Part shown: positions 52,561 through 64,000 of the stretch, in pieces
How the letters are laid out: every line of letters begins with the position of its first letter
How positions within the stretch are numbered: the stretch's first letter is position 1
Origin: Rhynchobatus australiae
Lineage: Eukaryota
DNA length: 64,000 nucleotides
NCBI GenBank assembly: GCA_034780895.1
Contig: JAUZTB010000087.1
Location: forward strand, 87,678,936 to 87,742,935
Direction: 5' to 3'
Made by a program: the position numbers and the translations under genes
The notes under the pieces: generated by a model
The model's database searches: none
What the model saw: only the letters and a program-made list of their open reading frames with translations
Told to the model about the DNA's origin: nothing

Positions 52561-54199
52561 TGTGTGTCTTGTTGGGGGCAGAATCAGGTTTAGAGGAAAA
52601 CATAGCGCAATGTAAAGACTGTGACAGCAGGGAGCATGGAGCAGCTGTTTTTAGAAATAACCAAGCATGAGAGAAGTCTGCCTTACACTGAAAGTGTTCC
52701 AAATATAATTCCAACAATGACTGTGGCCCCTAGAGAATACAGTGCTCCTGAAAAATCGTCTATAAGTTAAGAAAAAANNNNNNNNNNNNNNNNNNNNNNN
52801 NNNNNNNNNNNNNNNNNNNNNNNNNNNNNNNNNNNNNNNNNNNNNNNNNNNNNNNNNNNNNNNNNNNNNNNNNNNNNACAACATGGTGGGCCAAAGGGCC
52901 TGTATTGTTCTATGGTTCTAATGCAAATCACACAACCATCAAATCATTTTACATTCCAACACACCTGGCTGTATAGTCTGAAGGGGTGGTGGAAGCAGAT
53001 TCATTAAAACTTGTAATAGAAAATTGGATAAGACAGGAAACATCTTTAGAAGTATTGAGAATGAGAAGCAGAGTGGAATAAATTGGATAACTCCAGCTAT
53101 TTATTTTTAAATATTTATACACAGGAAGCAGGTGTTGTTGGGAAAGTCGGCATTTAGTGGCATCCTTCTAGAAACTGGTTCCCACATTGTTGCTAGGTGG
53201 GGAGTTCCAGCATTTTGACTTGGCACTGAGGAAGGAAAAGTGTTACATTTCTGAGACAGAATGAATTATGATTTGAAGGGAACTTGCAAGATACTACACT
53301 TCTCAGAGATTTTAAACCTGCACAAATGCTTTTCATGTGCAATATATACTACTAATTAATTTTCACACTAAAACAAGCACTGATGTAGAACAAAACTCAA
53401 CACAGATGAGGGATCAGCTGGTCTACGACTACACCTGTTGTCTTCTTACATTATGATGATCACAAATTAATCTGTTTTGAGGTGTTGGTTGAGAGGAAAA
53501 TACTGGCCAGAAATACTGGCCAGCACTGCTGTTTTTATTTTAAAACAACAATACTCATGAAGAAAATCAAGGATGCAGTTAAGGATCAGTCAGTAGGGGG
53601 AAAATAGGGCCTTATTTTCTCATGTAAATGTTACACTCTGAAATAACATGCGGTGAATCTAAATTTGAGCTAGTTTGATTACCTGAATCAGTAATTCACA
53701 AACTGGGCTGTGTTGGTATCAAGAGTTACATAGGGTCAGTGAGGGTTTAGTAATATTGAAGTAATTTCATTGGGGGAAAAAGTCACGAAAACATAAAAAT
53801 GGATTAAATTATTATCGGCTCAGTTGTCCTGGCATATATCTGCTGATATTCTCTGGGACGATCCCAACTCTTTGAAGAGAAGGTCCTGCAACATTATGCA
53901 TTTATGGGAAGGGGGCTTGATTGTATTTTTCTGAGTGTGAACAAGTTGGGTCTTCATTCAAAATGGTTAGATTAAAGAATATTAAAGAACCAGCCACCAA
54001 GCTGCCTATCTATTGGTCCATTATTAATAACTGACAAAATAGCAGAATGGATTTTAATTTAAATTTAGCTCAAAATATCCATCTGACACTAGGTTGCCTA
54101 TTAACAATTTTAAGCAGATTACCAACTACAACATTGGAAAATTCATTTTGCCATTTCCTAATTATGAAATTTGGGAGAAGGTCATCTGCCAGGATATTC

Positions 54200-54352
54200 A
54201 AGAGACTGCAGATACTCGAATCTGGGTCAACACACAAAGTGCTGGAGGAACTCAGCAGGTCAGGCAATATCTATGGAGGGAAATGGACAGTCCATTTCCC
54301 TTCATAAATGCTGCCTGAGCCGCTGAGTTCCTCCAGCATTTTGTGTGTTGTG
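54200..54352. mobile_element. Palindromic Penelope pLTR mini-element
   Basis: Arms 54228-54288 and 54290-54350 are near reverse complements around TGGAC-A-GTCCA. Confidence 0.85.
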
Positions 54353-55679
54353 CCAGATATTCGGGTAAAACAAGACAAAGCCAACACAAATGTGAGGAAA
54401 TGAAAATAATGAAAAAGCAATCTGAAAAGATTATTTGAAATTGTATTTGACTTTTTTGCTTGCTAAAAATAATTGGAAGCAATTGCTCTGTTTACTGAAA
54501 TGAGGTTGATGGAAATATTTTTAAACAAAGCAAACAGGCATATGAAGCATAGGCTGAAACAGGTTTAAAATGGAAAGAAACCTTCAACTGAAGTGTCTGA
54601 GATTCTAAATCTTAATTACATTTGAGAGAAAATAATTAATCTGGTAAGCACCAGCATTTGCAATTTATAAACTGAGGATTCAACCTTATACTTAGGACAT
54701 TTTGAAAATAGTTGAACAAATGTAATCTGTCATAAGCCACAGCATTTGTTTTCACAACACCACACTGCAAACCTTACTACAGATAGCATTATATGATTTC
54801 ACTGCAGGTTCAAGATGAAGGATTAAAATCAACTAAAGAAGCAGGATCCTCTTAAATAATAGGGTACAACATTCAACTGGTTTAGGCTTTTGGAAAAATC
54901 AATCTAAATCAGGATCTGAGAACTATGTCTTCTCTAGAAGTGTAACTGATATTCACCCTGCTCAAGTATTTTGAAAGATCCTTCCATTGAGAGGAATAGG
55001 CAAATAATGAATCTTTCCTGCCAAAAATACAAGACCTACGAATATACATTTGAAATCTCTAGTTTTTAGTTCTTTGTAGAAATGTCATTCACAGCTGTCG
55101 GTGCCCTGAATACCAGATAATCCCACACTTAAAATAAAAAGAGTTTGATTGGTGGTCAGCTGATGAAGAGATGTAAATGTTGACCTGAAATTGTACATTC
55201 TGTTAGCAGCATCAGAAACTAATCTGAAGGGCACAGAGAGAAGATTTGAGGCAGAATTCCTCACACTCATTCTCAGGCACAATGATTAATTATAATTTGC
55301 ACAAGGTAATTGAGCAATCTGCAGTTTTATCTTGCTTACTCCTGGTAGACTCCAGTCTTGAAAGTATCCACCATGGGAAATGAACAAATATGCATGTGCA
55401 CCTTGGGAAGAAAAACACCAGCCAAACCAGCTATTGATTTGACAGTAGATATCAAGTCAAAAAACAGAGATGATGTCTGGAGGGAGAGAATTGGAGTTTT
55501 TTTTTCTAGCTCTGTTCTTATAGATGTTTCATGGGCTCAAGGCAATTGAATCCAGTTAAAAAGATTTTTTATGTCCCTAAAAAGCAATGTTTTTTGACTT
55601 GGGCACCGTGTGGAATTATTTATCTAGGGTGCACTTAATTTGTCATATACAAAACACTGAATGTGCCTGTAAAGTGTCA

Positions 55680-56710
55680 GACAATGATCGTTTCCATTAA
55701 GAGAGTCTAACCAACTACCTTTAACAATCAATGGTGATTGTGAGTCCCCCACAATCAACATTCTGGGCATTACCACAGATCAGAAACTCAACTGGAACAG
55801 CTACATAAATACTATTGGTTATAACAGGAGGTCAGTGTCAGGTTATCCTATAGTGGGTGACTAAATTCCTGACACTCCAAAGTCCTTCCTCCATATGGAA
55901 GTCATCAGTCAAGTGTATGATAGAATGCACTCCACAAATAAAGAAAGCTTGACACAATCCAGTGCAAAGCAGCCTGCTTGATTCATACCCAGTCCACCAG
56001 CCTAAACAATCATTTCCTTCACCACCAGTGCATAGTGCCTGCAGTGTACACCATCTACAAATTGGAATTCAGTTACTCAGCTAAGCTACTCCCAACAACA
56101 TCTATCAAACTTCTACCACCAAGGGCAACATAGTTGCACAGCTAGTAGAGCTACTGCCTCCAGCGGTAACCCAGGATGCAGCAACCCCGGTTCAATCCTG
56201 ACTACCAGTACTGTCTGTGTGGAGTTTACGTGTTCTCCCTGTTACCACATGCATTTCCTCTAGATTCTCTAATTTCCTCCCACTCCAAAAAATGTGCAGA
56301 TTAGTAGGTTAATTGAGTGGGGATGAGGGGTAAAATTTGGAAGTGGGGTGGAATACTTCATGGGAATGTGGGGGGAATAAAATAGGTTGGGGTCAGATTA
56401 GTGTTAAAATGAGTGCTTGATGATTGGTATGGACTCAATGGGCCAAAGGGCCAGTTCCTATTCTCTGTAACCCAATAAGGCATCAGACATATGGGAACAC
56501 TACCAACTTGGGTTCCCCTCCAAGTCACACATCCTGACTTGGAAATATATTGTCAGTCTCTGGTTCTAAATCCTGGAACTCTCTATCCAATAGCATTATG
56601 TGAGTGCCTTCACCAGGACAGTGGCTGTTCAGGAAGGTGGCTCATTATCACCTTCTTGAAGACAATTAGATATAGGGAAATAAATGCTAGTCATGTCAGC
56701 AAAGCCTACA
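55680..56710 (+). mobile_element. Old LINE 3' fragment with a V-SINE inserted at about 56125-56470
   Basis: TINILGITTDQKLNWNSYINT resembles the RT thumb motif LGV..D.KL.W; the nested SINE has GGTTCAATCC and a V-domain. Confidence 0.6.
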
Positions 56711-57069
56711 TGCTGAAAAATTAACAATTATAAAAGTGCAGCATTGTTTTTATATTTTTAACTATTGGACATTCACCTTGGGTTTTTGAACTCTTTTTTG
56801 GTTTTATTTTCCAATTAAAGAATGACATTTAAGTTACAATACTGACATAAGTACTTGCTTCTACATCTCAGGAACATTTGCAAGTTGTTATCTTTTTGGA
56901 TGTTGTTTCTTATTTTTAGAACTGTTGGCTAACTTGTCTTGATTAGATGTGTGAAATTTCAGTTGCGCCAGATCAAAACTGTAAACCCCCAGTTAACTTT
57001 CTGGGGAGTGAAGGTAAAGGAGCAAATCTTGGAACTGTAGACAGCAGTGGAATAAAGAGCAATCAGTAT

Positions 57070-57452
57070 AATTAAGTACTCCCCATGTTACAAATGCCTG
57101 ACTTACGGACACCCCGTACATACGAAGGAGCTTTTCGGAGTCCAGCAGGATGAATGGCGATGGATTTGTCAGCTGCTGTGAGGCTGCAGGCATCTTCCGC
57201 AGGGTGAGAACACAACAATTGGGGGCTGGGTTGAGCTGAGCAGAGCTGGAAATGCTGAGCAGACTCACTTGCTCACTCAGTGAGTCAGAGAGGCTGGCGA
57301 GCGGCCACTCTTCCCTCACCTGCTCACTCCGTCACAGCTGTTTCTGTGATCCTCTCTCACATACCGTTTTTGTTCATTTCTGACTTACGAACAACTTGGA
57401 GTACAAACAGTTTGCAGGAGCAGAACCCTGTCGTAACCTGAGAACTGCCCAT
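57070..57452. mobile_element. Possible Tc1/mariner (Tigger-like) MITE
   Basis: Imperfect terminal inverted similarity (TACTCCCCATGTTACAA versus TCGTAACCTGAGAACTG) and repeated GACTTACG motifs; local CpG enrichment. Confidence 0.4.
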
Positions 57453-59774
57453 TCTATGTACCAAATAAATATTTGTCCTTGCTGCCTTTGCTCACTTTTC
57501 ACCCAACTACAGGTAGCTATACTGCATAGCACAAGGATAATGAACTACTTCATACAATAGCTGGATATCATTATCAATGCTAATAGTTTGTGTATAACTA
57601 TCAGCTAGTACAGAAACTGCTTGTACACTGTAAATGGAGCAAATCCCTGGAGTTTGATAAGAAGATTACAAAGGACATCATAGACAGTGCACTGAATCTA
57701 GTAATGTCCTAAACTTATTCAATACTGTGCCATAGTTAGAATTGGATGTTATAATTATGGTGCAATAACTTAAAGGATTCAAGCCATTTGCTTTCTTGAA
57801 GAACAATTCCAAAATTGAACCTACTTTGTAGAAGCTGAATAGAATGTTGTTGAAGATCATGTTGCATTGAAGGGCAGTGATAGCAACCATCATGCCTTTA
57901 AGATCTAAAAAACCATTCAGTAAAATTAGTAGCCAAATATAACATTCTTTTTCCAACATAATAAGTGAGCAAGCCCCAGGGGGGAAAAAAAACTAGATGC
58001 CTATAAGCATGACCATTCTGAACTTACTAATTACCTACTTGAAAAAAAAAGTTGGTTTAGGCCATCAGAAAGATTGCACAATGGGAAGGAGAATACACAC
58101 TAGTCATGGAAATGGGAGGATCAGGCAACTTAACTTGAAATACATACAAAGTTTCTTCATGAGACAATTCCCACATAGGCTGATTAGGATGTCCCTGTGT
58201 GCTGTAGGTGGTGGTGGAGATCAAAACAACATACCCCTCCAAATCATTGTTCTGTGGTCAATTATTAAAAAGGTGAAACAGCTCCTGAAAGAACATCAAG
58301 TTCTCTCAGAACTGTATGACCTTAGTAAATAGAGTCATGTTTCCCTCTTTCCACATCTATCATCTTTACAAATTATGCACAACTACAATTTACCAATATG
58401 ACCCCACCTCCACTATTAACACAGCTGAACTCCCACCCCTCCCAACCACTGAATCTCTTTTCCATAGAACCTACTGCGTGCAGAGATAACTTTTATCCTA
58501 GCTTCATCGGATATGAATTTCAACTTACTTCCAAGCAGTCAAAATGCAGGACACTAAGAATAATTACAGGTATAAAGAAATAATTTTTCTTGCCGTCAAT
58601 GTGCTCAAATTAAGATCAACTATAACTAGATGTTTATTCCTATTCATGAAATTCATTTATATTTAAATTAAGCTCAATTTAAAAGGTAATTATATTACAC
58701 ACTTAATTCAACAAATGTAGTTTATGCACAAAGAAATAAATATCAAAATGACCACATTGTACTACAAAATTATGTGCGTTCAGTAATAACCTATTTGATA
58801 ATTAAAAAGGATCACAATTTTGTTAAAATTAAAAATACTTCAGAAAGGACTGCTGCTATTCAAATGAGCAATATTCACTTAAGATAACATACAACTAAAA
58901 TATTAGTACTATTCAAACATAATAATGTATAGACTCTGAATCCACAACATATGGAAGATATGTAGAAATAGTTTCTAATCTTGTTCTTGGAAGTTTGGCT
59001 GTTAACAGTTTACACCACAATACATAGTATTGTTAGAATGTATAAATGAATGTGCAAGACTGGTGGTGTAAAACTATGGTTTACTCAGTTTATAGGAGCA
59101 GGGAGTTCTATTTTGCCCATTGGAGTGGTTTATTTGCATCAGTTCCTGTAGCACACAAATATATTTGGTATTACTGTTATGTTAGCTATCTTTAGAATAG
59201 AAAATATTTTAAATTATAACTTATTAGAGAATTATATGTATTGCTAACTTTTATACATTTCATAAAGATGTCCTGTTGTGTAATCTGTGACTGCAAGTTT
59301 TAGGAGCCTCATTTCATCCATGGCCATGTGTTGAGAACTCATTGTATATGAATCCAAAAGCCAGTTTGACTCTCCTCTCCCAAAACCAATTATGTCACCA
59401 TCCCAGCTAATTACAGAGGTTGAACTGTCTGTTTAGTTGATGCACTTTGTTTTTCACTAGTAGTACAAAAAGCAAAATACAAAAAAGTAGTCTCGCTCCC
59501 GAATGATAGAATAAGCAAGTGGGCATTGTAGCAGATGGACTTCAACTTAGGAACAGTGGGAACTACTTACTTTGTATTCAAGAAAGTTGAGTGAATTTGT
59601 CAAATCGAGAGAAAATAGGAAGTGTGGACAAAGGTTAAAATCTCTGGATTACAACCTTAGCCACGTGTACACAAATTAATAGGGCAGGGTAGCAAAATGG
59701 ATAGTGATAACTAAANNNNNNNNNNNNNNNNNNNNNNNNNNNNNNNNNNNNNNNNNNNNNNNNNNNNNNNNNNC

Positions 59775-62700
59775 AGAGAAGAGAAAACTGCTAACAAAAA
59801 AACATAAGTTCTTTAACTGAATGCATGCAGCATTCATAAGCTAGACAAATTGATAGCACAAATAAAAATTGCTATTACAGAGATATGGTTCCAAGGTCAC
59901 CAAGGCTGTGAATAGAATATTCTGAGATACTCAAATATGATCATAAAGGAAAAGGAGACAAGAGTGAGATCGATACAATATTGAGAAATGACGACTTAGA
60001 AGATCAAGATGTAGCATCAATTTAGCCAGAGATAAGAAATAGCAAGGATAAAAACTTTACTGGTGGTGTAGTCTATTGCCCTCCCAAAAAGTCATAACAT
60101 AGGATAGAGGATAAATCAAGAAATATTGGGGTCTTATAAAAAAGATACTACAGTGAAGGTGAGTGACTTTAATATTCATATAGATTGGACAAATCAAATT
60201 GGCAAAGGTCTTAAATAGCAGTTCATGGAGTTTATTACAGAAAGTTTCCTAGAACAAGGTGTTGTGAGGCATGTTGTTTAGACCTGGTCATGTGTAACAA
60301 GATGGGATTAATTGATGTCATCCTCTGGGTAAGAATGATCATAACATGGTAGAATTTCATATTCAGTTCGAGAGTGGAAAGCTCACATCTGGAATCAGTA
60401 CCTTCAACTTAGTTTCAAAGGTACAAAGACAGAGTTGGCTAAAATAGACTGGGAAAATAGATTAAATGGTAAGACAGAAGATAAACAACGACAGACATTT
60501 AAGAATATTATTCCTAATACCCAAAGATATATTCCATTGTGAAATAAGGATTCCACATGAAGGACGATCAATCCTTGGTTGACTAAAAAAGGATGGTATC
60601 AAATTGAAAGAAAAGACTTGTACACTGAAAAGACTGGAAGGTTGAGAAACCAGCAAAAGATGATTAAAAAATAAGAAAATCAGTTATCAGGATAAGCATC
60701 CTAATAATAGTAGAAAATCAGGGAGCAAAAAAGAGGGAGGAATTTAAAATAATCACTTTAACTAGAGAAAAAATTTAATAGATTAACTAATAGAACTAAA
60801 GGCTAACAGGTCTCTGGGACCTCCATTCATACAAAAGAGAAGGCATACAATATGGCAAAGATTAGTGGGAAGCCAGAGGATTGGGAAGCCTTTAAAAGCT
60901 AACAGAGGACAACTAAAAAAACTATAAGAGAGAAAATGAAATATGAGGGTAAATTAGCCAATAATATAAAAGAAGATTCCAAAAGTTCTTTTTTTTTTAA
61001 AAATGTACATAAAGGTTAAGAGAGAGGCAAGAGTGGANNNNNNNNNNNNNNNNNNNNNNNNNNNNNNNNNNNNNNNNNNNNNNNNNNNNNNNNNNNNNNN
61101 NNNNNNNNNNNNNNNNNNNNNNNNNNNNNNNNNNNNNNNNNNNNNNNNNNNNNNNNNNNNNNNNNNNNNNNNNNNNNNNNNNNNNNNNNNNNNNNNNNNN
61201 NNNNNNNNNNNNNNNNNNNNNNNNNNNNNNNNNNNNNNNNNNNNNNNNNNNNNNNNNNNNNNNNNNNNNNNNNNNNNNNNNNNNNNNNNNNNNNNNNNNN
61301 NNNNNNNNNNNNNNNNNNNNNNNNNNNNNNNNNNNNNNNNNNNNNNNNNNNNNNNNNNNNNNNNNNNNNNNNNNNNNNNNNNNNNNNNNNNNNNNNNNNN
61401 NNNNNNNNNNNNNNNNNNNNNNNNNNNNNNNNNNNNNNNNNNNNNNNNNNNNNNNNNNNNNNNNNNNNNNNNNNNNNNNNNNNNNNNNNNNNNNNNNNNN
61501 NNNNNNNNNNNNNNNNNNNNNNNNNNNNNNNNNNNNNNNNNNNNNNNNNNNNNNNNNNNNNNNNNNNNNNNNNNAGTAACAGGCAGGATAGACAAAGGAG
61601 AGTCAGTGGATGTTGTTTTCTTGGATTTTCAGAAGGCCTTTGACAAGGTGCCACACATGAAGCTGCTAAACAAGATAGGAGCCCATGGTATTACAGGAAA
61701 GGTACTAGCATGGATAGAAGATTGGTTGACAGGCAGAAGGTAAAGAGTGGGGATAAAGGGATCCTTTTCAGGATGGCTGCTGTTGGCTATTTCAGTTCTG
61801 CAATGTTGGGATTACAATTTATCACTTTGTATATTAACGATCTAGATGAAGGAACTGATGGGATTGTGGCCAAATTTGCAGATGATATGAAGATAGATGG
61901 AGGAACAGGTAGTGTCTCAGAGGCAGGGAGTCTGCAGAAAGACCTGGACAGGTCGGGAGAGTGAGGAAAGAAGTGGTAAATGGAATACAACATAGGGAAG
62001 TGTGGGGTTATGCACTCTGGTAGGAAGATAAAGGGGTAGACTATTTTCTAAATGGAGACAAAATTAAGAAATCAAGGTGCAAAGCAACTTGGGAGTCCAA
62101 GTGCAGGATTCCCCCAAGGTTAACTTGCAGGTTGAGTCAGTAGTACGGAAGGCAAGTGCAATGAAAGCATTCACTTCGAGAGGATTAGAAATATAAAATC
62201 AAGAATGTACTGTTGAGGCTTTATAGGGCATTGGTCAGACTGCATGTGGAATATTGAGAGCAATTTTGGGCCCTGTATCTAAGGAAGAATATCCTGGCCC
62301 TGGAGAGGGTCCAGAAGAGGTTCACAAGAATGATCCCAGGCTTAACACATGAGGAGTGTTTGCTATCTCTGGGCCTGCACTTGATGGAGTTCAGGAGGGG
62401 GATCTCACTGAAACCTACCAGATACTGAAAGGCCTGGATAGAGTGGATGTGGAAAGGATGTTTCCATTAGTAGGAGAGTCTTGGATCTGAGGACACAACC
62501 TCAAAATTGGGAGATGTCCTTTTAAAACTGAGATGAGGAGGAATTTCTTCAGCCAGAGGGTGGTGAATCTGCGGAGTTCGTTGACACAGAGGGCTGCGGA
62601 GGCCAAGTCATTGGCTGTATTTAAGGCAGAGATTGATAGGTTCTTGAATGGTAAGGGATTAAGGATCATAGGGAGAAGGCAAGAAAATGGGATGAGAAAG

Positions 62701-62775
62701 ATCAGCTGTGATTGAATGGCAGAGCAGACTCAATGGGCCAAATGGCCTAATTTTGCTCCTGTATCTTATGGTCTA
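59775..62775 (+). mobile_element. Decayed CR1 LINE(s): endonuclease, RT and 3' UTR, with a 558-N gap
   Basis: LN(E)CMQH/TEIW/VYCPP endonuclease remnants; VDVVFLDFQKAFDKVPH; YINDLDEG..KFADD; MRRNFFSQRVVNL; tail TATCTTATGGTCT; many stops and frameshifts. Confidence 0.92.
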
Positions 62776-62784
62776 TTCTAGTTT

Positions 62785-63325
62785 TGCACAAGTAGTGGCT
62801 GCCTGTTTGTAAATTTGTATAATTCCTTAGATTCTTGAAAAGGTTCCAGTACATTGGAAGGCCACAAACCTGACACCTCTTTTGAAGAAAGGAAGGAAAC
62901 AAAAAGCTGGAAACTTTAGGCTAATGAGCCTAACATCTGTCATCAAGAAAATGCTGGAATCCATTACAAAAATAGTAACATGACATTTAGAAACTCATTG
63001 TACAATTCAGAAGGGTCAACATGGTTTTCTGAAATGGAAATAGTGCTTGATAAATTTATTAGACTTCTTTCAGAAAGTAATGAATACGTGGATAAAAGGG
63101 AACCTGTAGCTATAGCATGTCTGGATATGCAAAGGCATTGTGCCAGGTGTCATTTTAAAATTACTCCATGAGATAAAAGGTCATGGGTTTGGAAGCAAAA
63201 TATTAGCATGTATGTAAGATTAGCCAAACTAACAAAAAAACAAGCTGGAATAAGTCAGTCACTATCAGATTGCAAGCTACAACTTGTTGGGTGTCACAGA
63301 TATCAGTATCTGGGTCTCTGCTATT
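62785..63325 (+). mobile_element. Older CR1 RT fragment
   Basis: VPVHWKATNLTPLLKKGRKQKAGNFRLMSLTSV and VDKREPVAIACLD motifs. Confidence 0.75.
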
Positions 63326-63327
63326 TA

Positions 63328-64000
63328 TAGAACAGTACAGCAAAGGAACAGGCCCTTCAGCCCACAATATCTGCGTCAACCATGGTGTGAATTTACACTG
63401 TACAACTGCCTACAAATGTTTTATAATCACTCCATTCCCTTCCTATTAATGTTCCCATCTAAACGCCTCGTAAATGTTGCTATTGTATCTGATTCACCAC
63501 CTCCCCTGGTAATGTGATACAGGCACCTACCACTCTCTGTGTGTAAAAAAAAACTTGGATCAATATATATCTCCTTTAAACTTTCGCCCTCTTACCTTAA
63601 AGCTATGCCCTCTAGTATTTGACATTTCTGCCCTACGAAAAAGATTCTGCCCTGTTTATGCCTCTCAATTTTATATACTTCTATCAGGTTGCCCTACAGC
63701 TTCCAACACTCCAGAGAAAATAATTCAAATTTGTCCAACCTCTTCTTTATTAGCTAATACTTTCTAATCCAGGAAATATCCCGGTGAACCTTCTCTGCAC
63801 CCTCTCCCCCACATTCTTCCTATAACGCGGCAACCAGCACTGCACACTATACTCCAAATGTGGCCAAACCAAAATTTTATATAGCTGCGGCATGACTTCC
63901 CAACTTTTATAGTCAATGCTCTGATTAATGAAAGGCGCTTTCATGCCATACGCCTTTTTAACCACCCTATCTACTTGTGTCGCCCCAAGATCCCTCTGTT
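63328..64000 (-). mobile_element. CR1 LINE 3' end running off the window
   Basis: YKILVWPHLEYSVQCWLPRYRK..ERVQRRFT plus the 3' UTR. Confidence 0.88.

Noticed and set aside
60954-61743. ORFs of 212-246 aa
   Set aside because: Their length comes from the N gap; the real part is a fragment of an inactivated CR1 reverse transcriptase.

Overview
Vertebrate genomic DNA. The repeat content (V-SINE/HE1-like, Deu-domain SINEs, CR1, L2, RTE, Penelope) points to a cartilaginous fish, which is an inference. The window holds a complete GPR161 gene on the + strand (CpG island at about 3.85-5.0 kb, five coding exons 6567-22525/22594) and, tail-to-tail with it on the - strand, the last six recognisable exons of DCAF6 (42263 down to 25235), the same arrangement as in human. 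The rest is intron or intergenic sequence filled with decayed retroelements and assembly gaps. Main oddities: (1) an in-frame TGA inside the conserved GPR161 C-terminal tail, with 22 more sense codons behind it; (2) a hammerhead-ribozyme-like core in a perfect 18-bp fold-back from a Penelope mini-element, plus several decayed relatives; (3) a long near-perfect palindrome in a GPR161 intron; (4) a uORF whose stop overlaps the GPR161 ATG; (5) an in-frame alternative splice donor next to the PKA site; (6) a 39-nt DCAF6 microexon. I found no clearly new multi-gene system. Exon boundaries were read base by base; repeat boundaries are approximate; comparisons with human proteins are from memory, not from an alignment.
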